From assembly GCA_965197475.1 (NCBI GenBank), contig CBDANF010000003.1, positions 1,984,001-2,048,000 on the forward strand: a stretch of DNA of 64,000 nt, in the 5' to 3' direction. The position numbers were made by a program, and so were the translations under genes. Positions 58,939 to 64,000 of this stretch are shown here, piece by piece. The DNA comes from Candidatus Poribacteria bacterium (lineage in GTDB: Bacteria; Poribacteria; WGA-4E; WGA-3G). The first letter of the stretch is position 1; each line of letters starts with the position of its first letter. Below the pieces are notes generated by a model. It was not told the DNA's origin. It saw only the letters and a program-made list of their open reading frames with translations, and ran no database searches.

Positions 58939-60504
58939 CTACCTTGCCGCTGGCTGCTGCGAATGTAGAGGTAACTGCTGTAAAATTTCCGAGGCAACTT
59001 CGCGATCATCAAATGGGAACCTTTTTCCATGAATTTCTTGATAATTTTCGTGTCCTTTACCGGCAATTACGACAACATCACCTGGTTGCGCATCCATGAT
59101 AGCACGACGAATCGCTTCACGTCGCTCCGAAATACATAGAAATGCTGCATCATGTGGTAAATTTGACACAATTTCTGAGATGATTTCATCAGGATTTTCC
59201 GTGCGTGGATTGTCAGAAGTAACCACGCTCATATCCGCAATTTGCGTGGAAATTGCCCCCATTTTTGGACGTTTACCTCTATCACGATCCCCGCCGCAAC
59301 CGAACACAGAAATTAACCGTCCTTCTGTGATTCCACGGGCTGCAGTTAAAACATTTTCCAAACCATCAGGCGTGTGTGCATAATCAACAATGACAGCAAA
59401 GTCTTTGCCTTGTTCGCCAAACGGGTTAACACATTCAAAACGTCCGGGAACAACTGTCGTAGCAAGTCCCTGACGAATAGCTGCAGCACTGCAGCTATAA
59501 CGAAATCCAACGCCAATTGCAGCAAGCGCATTATATATATTATATGACCCGAGTAAGCGGATTTTTGCCTTGATCTCTGTGCCTGTTCGGTCTGAAGTGT
59601 TGGTGGTGCGGCTTTCTCTCTGTACTGCTGTAAAAGCTAACTCTTTTAGCGAAATTTCTATGTCTTGTGCCGCTAAATCCGCTTCGTTTTCAAGTCCGTA
59701 TGTTAGGATGTCCTTGTGAGATGTATGCGCAACGATGTGAGCAGTGGCAGAGGAATCTGCGTTTAAAATTGCTATACCGTCCGGACTCAACTGCTCAAAT
59801 AACATAAGTTTGGCAGCAAGATAATTTTCCATGGTGCCGTGGTAGTCCAGATGGTCCTGTGTTAAGTTAGTAAAGACAGCGGTATTGAAAGTAAGTCCAG
59901 CTAATCGGTGTTGTGCAAGCCCTTGGGAAGAAGTTTCCATGACGACATGCTCTATCCCTGCATCGGCTATTTGCTTTAACATAGCATGCAGTTGAAACGC
60001 ATCAGGTGTTGTCAGAAGTGCTGGAATTTCAATTTTCGATGGGTGCTTGCCATTTGCGTTTGAATCATTTGCATCAAACGTATGTCCCACTGTTCCTAAC
60101 ACAGCAGTTTTCAACCCATGCGCCTTGAGAATCCCGTATGTTAAATGTGCAGTAGATGTTTTTCCATTTGTGCCGGTGATGCCGGTTAATTTCAATCGTC
60201 TCGCGGGATTACCGTACCAATTGGCGGCACCTAAGGCTTGTGCCTTGCGTCCGTTAGGGGTAATTACACCAGTTACGTTGTTAGGTAGTTCAGATGTTTT
60301 CTTTTCTGAGATGATTGCTATCGCACCGTTTTGGATAGCACCAATAATAAAAGAATGACCATCAACATTCAGTCCTTGATAGCAGATGAAGGCATATCCT
60401 GGCTTGACTTTTCGGTGGTCGCTGACAACACCTGTAATTTCGGGATTTCGGTCACCTGTAATCTCTGCGACTTCAATTCCATCCAGAAGGTTTTGGAGTT
60501 TCAT
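58939..60504 (-). CDS. murE: UDP-MurNAc-tripeptide synthetase (meso-DAP type)
   Basis: TGTNGKTST, TTPD, DHLDYH, DYAHTPD, DNPR and AGKGHE. Confidence 0.96.
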   Translation of the reverse strand: MKLQNLLDGIEVAEITGDRNPEITGVVSDHRKVKPGYAFICYQGLNVDGHSFIIGAIQNGAIAIISEKKTSELPNNVTGVITPNGRKAQALGAANWYGNPARRLKLTGITGTNGKTSTAHLTYGILKAHGLKTAVLGTVGHTFDANDSNANGKHPSKIEIPALLTTPDAFQLHAMLKQIADAGIEHVVMETSSQGLAQHRLAGLTFNTAVFTNLTQDHLDYHGTMENYLAAKLMLFEQLSPDGIAILNADSSATAHIVAHTSHKDILTYGLENEADLAAQDIEISLKELAFTAVQRESRTTNTSDRTGTEIKAKIRLLGSYNIYNALAAIGVGFRYSCSAAAIRQGLATTVVPGRFECVNPFGEQGKDFAVIVDYAHTPDGLENVLTAARGITEGRLISVFGCGGDRDRGKRPKMGAISTQIADMSVVTSDNPRTENPDEIISEIVSNLPHDAAFLCISERREAIRRAIMDAQPGDVVVIAGKGHENYQEIHGKRFPFDDREVASEILQQLPLHSQQPAAR

Positions 60505-62456
60505 AAACCCGCTCCCTTCTTCACCAGGGCATCGTCAGAGATCGGAGTGTGGTTAATCAGGGAGGGAACAGGTTTTTTTGTTTGCCGCTTCACTGTAGGG
60601 TTGAGAGGGTCTTGGGTGAGAGAGGTCGTATTCTTGCTTGACGATTGATTCGATAAACGCGTGCCGTTAACCGGCGTAGTGGTTCTGTTCTTATCAACAT
60701 ACTTATTTTTAGGAACGTTTCTTCGCGTTGGTATTGAGTCAAATAAATCGGTCTGTTCAATATGTTGAAGGGTTCGCATGGCAATCCGTTTGAAAACGGG
60801 GCCTACGACCTGACCGCTAAATCTTGCGCCAGTGGGTTCATCAATAGTTACAATAATGGCAATTTTCGGTGCGTCAGCTGGGAGAAATCCCATAAAAGAC
60901 ATGACCTCTTTACCAGTAACATAACCTTTACCTCTTTCTGCTTTCTGTGCGGTTCCCGTTTTACCGGCAATGCTAATACCCTCAATTTTTGCTCGCTTGC
61001 CGCTTCCTTCTTCAACTACACCGACAAGAATGTCTGCCATCTGTTTAGCAATTTCTGGTCGCAAAACACGTCGAATTTCAATCGGGTGGTTCTTTTTGAC
61101 AAGGTTGCCACGAGTGTCCCGGATTTCCTTAGTGATATACGGCTGACGTAAAATACCACCATTGGCTATAACAACTAAAGCATTCACCATCTGTAGAGGG
61201 GTGACAGAGATGCCTTGACCGAAAGGAACAGATCCAAGTGAGTTTGTATCCCATCGTCGCAGTGCATACAGGTTACCACGCTGTTCATAGGGCAGGTCCA
61301 CACCGGTCTTTTTTCCGAAGCCATACATATCTACATAAGTTTGGAATAGTTCAGGACCTAACTGCTGGACAACTTTGATCATGCCGATGTTGCTTGATTT
61401 GTGTATTACTTCTGAAAGTGATAGCCATCCTTTTTCAGAGACATCCTTTATGACGCGTCGATTAGAGAGACGGTACCTCCCGTTTTCACAAAAGACCGTT
61501 GATTCAGGTGTCATGATGTCTTCGTTCAATGCTGCTGAGGAGGCAACAATTTTGAAAATAGAACCAGGTTCAAAAAGGTACTTGATACCGAGATTACGTT
61601 TTGCTTCTTCAACTGCGTTTGTCTGGTCATTAATGTCATAAGTGGGAGAACTTGCCATCGCTAATATTTCTGAAGTTTCTACTGCAAGGACAATAGCCGT
61701 TCCTTTAGGTGCGTTCCAATCCTTACACCCTTGCTCCAATTCTTCTTCGGTAATATCTTGAATGATTTCATCAAGGGTTAGGATGACGTTACACCCATTG
61801 TTACCAAGTGGTTCGGATACTGATTGTGCTTGGAGAGAGACAGATGCTACCTCCGATTTTCTCTGTGGCAGTGGTGAATGTAACTTCTGAAGATACGTGT
61901 TATACTGAATTTCAATTCCTTCACCTACATTTAAATCGTTACGGTAACCAATAACCTGTGATGCAAGAGTCTTTTTCGGATAAACTCGCCTCGGTTCAAC
62001 CTCAATTTTGAGTCCTCTATGTTTTTTGGTGACGTTCCGAATCGCATCTAATTTTTCATAGTCAATTCCTTTTTTGAGCCAGACAAATTCAACGTACTCC
62101 CCTTCCCGCTTCCGTTTTAGCAGTGCTAATAGTTCCGACGTGGTGCTATCCAATAAAGGGGCTAATTCAGTTGCAACAGTGTGCGCGTTTGATTTCCTAT
62201 TTAAGGTTCTTGGATCGGCGCAAACCGCAAGCCGGTCTTGGCTGATACCTAATACGCGTCCGTGGCGGTCAAGGATTTTCCCGCGTTTGACTACGCCCTT
62301 TCCCTGAGAACGCCAATCAAGTCGAGATGTTACTGCGCTCTCTTCGTTTGGATATTGAAGCGTAAAGAGTTTGCCTATCAATAACAGAAAGCTTAATTGT
62401 AGGACTATTAGAACGACAACTAACCGGCGAATTGAGAGATTCGTGTTATTTTTCAT
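60501..62456 (-). CDS. ftsI: Class B PBP (PBP3)
   Basis: RGKILDR, SxxK (PGSIFK), SxN (SSN) and KTGTAQK. Confidence 0.93.
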   Translation of the reverse strand: MKNNTNLSIRRLVVVLIVLQLSFLLLIGKLFTLQYPNEESAVTSRLDWRSQGKGVVKRGKILDRHGRVLGISQDRLAVCADPRTLNRKSNAHTVATELAPLLDSTTSELLALLKRKREGEYVEFVWLKKGIDYEKLDAIRNVTKKHRGLKIEVEPRRVYPKKTLASQVIGYRNDLNVGEGIEIQYNTYLQKLHSPLPQRKSEVASVSLQAQSVSEPLGNNGCNVILTLDEIIQDITEEELEQGCKDWNAPKGTAIVLAVETSEILAMASSPTYDINDQTNAVEEAKRNLGIKYLFEPGSIFKIVASSAALNEDIMTPESTVFCENGRYRLSNRRVIKDVSEKGWLSLSEVIHKSSNIGMIKVVQQLGPELFQTYVDMYGFGKKTGVDLPYEQRGNLYALRRWDTNSLGSVPFGQGISVTPLQMVNALVVIANGGILRQPYITKEIRDTRGNLVKKNHPIEIRRVLRPEIAKQMADILVGVVEEGSGKRAKIEGISIAGKTGTAQKAERGKGYVTGKEVMSFMGFLPADAPKIAIIVTIDEPTGARFSGQVVGPVFKRIAMRTLQHIEQTDLFDSIPTRRNVPKNKYVDKNRTTTPVNGTRLSNQSSSKNTTSLTQDPLNPTVKRQTKKPVPSLINHTPISDDALVKKGAGL

Positions 62457-62602
62457 AATCTGATTATGTCTTTCCGGATACTATGACAAGATACACAGTT
62501 CCGCGCCAAATTAATAACAAATCATTAGAGAGATTCACGCACTGCTCCAGAATTTAAAGAATGTTACGCTGACGCTCTCTATTTTTTACCCGTTCACACT
62601 AC

Positions 62603-62923
62603 CTACTCTTGAAGTTCTATTGATTTTCTTGTATATTCAACCAATCCTAATTCTTTAATGATTGAACGAACTCTTTCGATATCTGTTAATGTGTTTTCCT
62701 CTAACTCTAATTCTTGAATTTCATACTGAATTTTTTCACGCTTCGTTTGAAAAATAGGTTTACGTTCAAAGTGAACACGTTTCGCATACGATGAGAACCG
62801 GACACTTGCCCCAAAAACACATAGAGACAATGCCAACACCAAATATACGAATAACATTGCGACTTTCGGTTTCGGTCCCAATTTTTCATTAAAAAGTGTT
62901 TCGTAAGTTTTTGGATTCCGCAT
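62603..62923 (-). CDS. ftsL: Cell division protein FtsL
   Basis: TM plus leucine-zipper-like segment ending ERVRSIIKELGL. Lies between rsmH and ftsI. Confidence 0.75.
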   Translation of the reverse strand: MRNPKTYETLFNEKLGPKPKVAMLFVYLVLALSLCVFGASVRFSSYAKRVHFERKPIFQTKREKIQYEIQELELEENTLTDIERVRSIIKELGLVEYTRKSIELQE

Positions 62924-62986
62924 TTTTATAATTTATACGTTAAATTTCAAATTTAAGATACACTTTTAAGGTCAAAAATGCCTTAG

Positions 62987-63955
62987 TTATATTCTGATTG
63001 CCGCTCGCAATTTCGCACTACGTGCACGCGGATTCGATTCAATTTCGCTCGCCGATGGTAAGATAGGTCTTTTTGTTACTATCTGCAGGACCTGTTGATG
63101 TTCACAGATACAAATCGGGGTTTTCGGTGGGCAGATACACGCTTTTGCGAGTTTCTGAAATCGCTGCTTTACTATTCGATCTTCCAGCGAATGAAAACTT
63201 ATAACGCAAAGACATCCATCCAGCTTCAACACAGAGACTGCATCGTCTAATCCAAGTGCAAGATTGTCAAGTTCGGTGTTAACCTCAATGCGCAATGCCT
63301 GAAAAACACGGGTCGCAGGGTGAATTTTTTTCCCTTTTTGCCGCTTTTGCGCGGATGCTTTTGGACGTTTCGCTTTGATCGGATAGGCGTTCTCAACGAT
63401 TTCAGTAAGCTGATGTGTCGTTGTAATCGGTTTTTCTGCTCGTGCCGCAACGATGTGTCGGACGATCCGCTTCGCAAAACGTTCTTCACCATATTCCTTG
63501 AATATCTTAATCAGTTTGTCGGGTGTGCTGTCGTTGACGACCTGTGTTGCTGATGTGAGCATCCGCATATCCATCCGCATATCCAGAGGACCAACATGCT
63601 GAAAACTGAATCCTCTGTTAGGAGTATCCAATTGTAATGAGGATACACCAAGGTCTAATAGAATTCCATCAACTTTACTAATTCCATGTGTTTCCAATAA
63701 CTGCTGAAGTCGGGCAAAGTTACCATGGATCAAACTGAGCCGTTCCTTGAAACTGTGTAGCCTTTTCTCAGCGATGGCAAGTGCACTCACATCCATGTCA
63801 ATTCCAATTAGGCGACCAGTGGGGAAAGATTGTTGTAAAATACTGAGACTGTGTCCACCCAATCCAATTGTTGCATCTACGTAAGTGGATCCCGGTTTCG
63901 GTTTGAGAAAATCGAGTACTTCGTTGCGTAAAACTGGGATGTGCGTCTCCGACAT
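62987..63955 (-). CDS. rsmH: 16S rRNA m4C1402 methyltransferase
   Basis: HIPVL, DATIGLGGHS, DLGVSS, FQALRIEVN, FHSLEDRIVK and NPRARSAKLR. Confidence 0.97.
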   Translation of the reverse strand: MSETHIPVLRNEVLDFLKPKPGSTYVDATIGLGGHSLSILQQSFPTGRLIGIDMDVSALAIAEKRLHSFKERLSLIHGNFARLQQLLETHGISKVDGILLDLGVSSLQLDTPNRGFSFQHVGPLDMRMDMRMLTSATQVVNDSTPDKLIKIFKEYGEERFAKRIVRHIVAARAEKPITTTHQLTEIVENAYPIKAKRPKASAQKRQKGKKIHPATRVFQALRIEVNTELDNLALGLDDAVSVLKLDGCLCVISFHSLEDRIVKQRFQKLAKACICPPKTPICICEHQQVLQIVTKRPILPSASEIESNPRARSAKLRAAIRI

Positions 63956-64000
63956 GGCGTTACCTCTTTGATATAATAGACATTATAATGATTTAAATAA

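Overview
Bacterial chromosomal window, roughly 40-43% GC by eye. It is most likely Candidatus Poribacteria or a relative; this is an inference from a LamG-domain protein ending in VEPAEKLATTWAVIK, a PhyH-family dioxygenase and the gene mix. The right third (44-64 kb, - strand) is a division/cell-wall (dcw) cluster: rsmH-ftsL-ftsI-murE-[alpha/beta hydrolase]-murF-ddl-mraY-murD-ftsW-murG-murC-ftsQ-ftsA-ftsZ, followed by a radical SAM gene. The middle holds housekeeping, LPS/capsule (heptose kinase, gmhB, GT9, wza, wzc) and transporter genes (nucleoside ABC permeases, livKHM, an Npt/TLC-family carrier). The left 11.4 kb is the most unusual part. A sigma-70 family gene and a three-hairpin leader precede an Ig-repeat secreted protein, whose C-terminal domain recurs in three downstream membrane-anchored paralogs (one intact, one frameshifted, one decayed). 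This array sits tail-to-tail with a 2140-aa SprA-like (type IX secretion translocon-like) gene. Intergenic regions repeatedly carry ~85-160 bp MITE-like cassettes, each with a GTAG-type REP hairpin in the middle. I saw no rRNA, tRNA, CRISPR array or intact transposase. All assignments come from visual motif recognition; no database searches were run.
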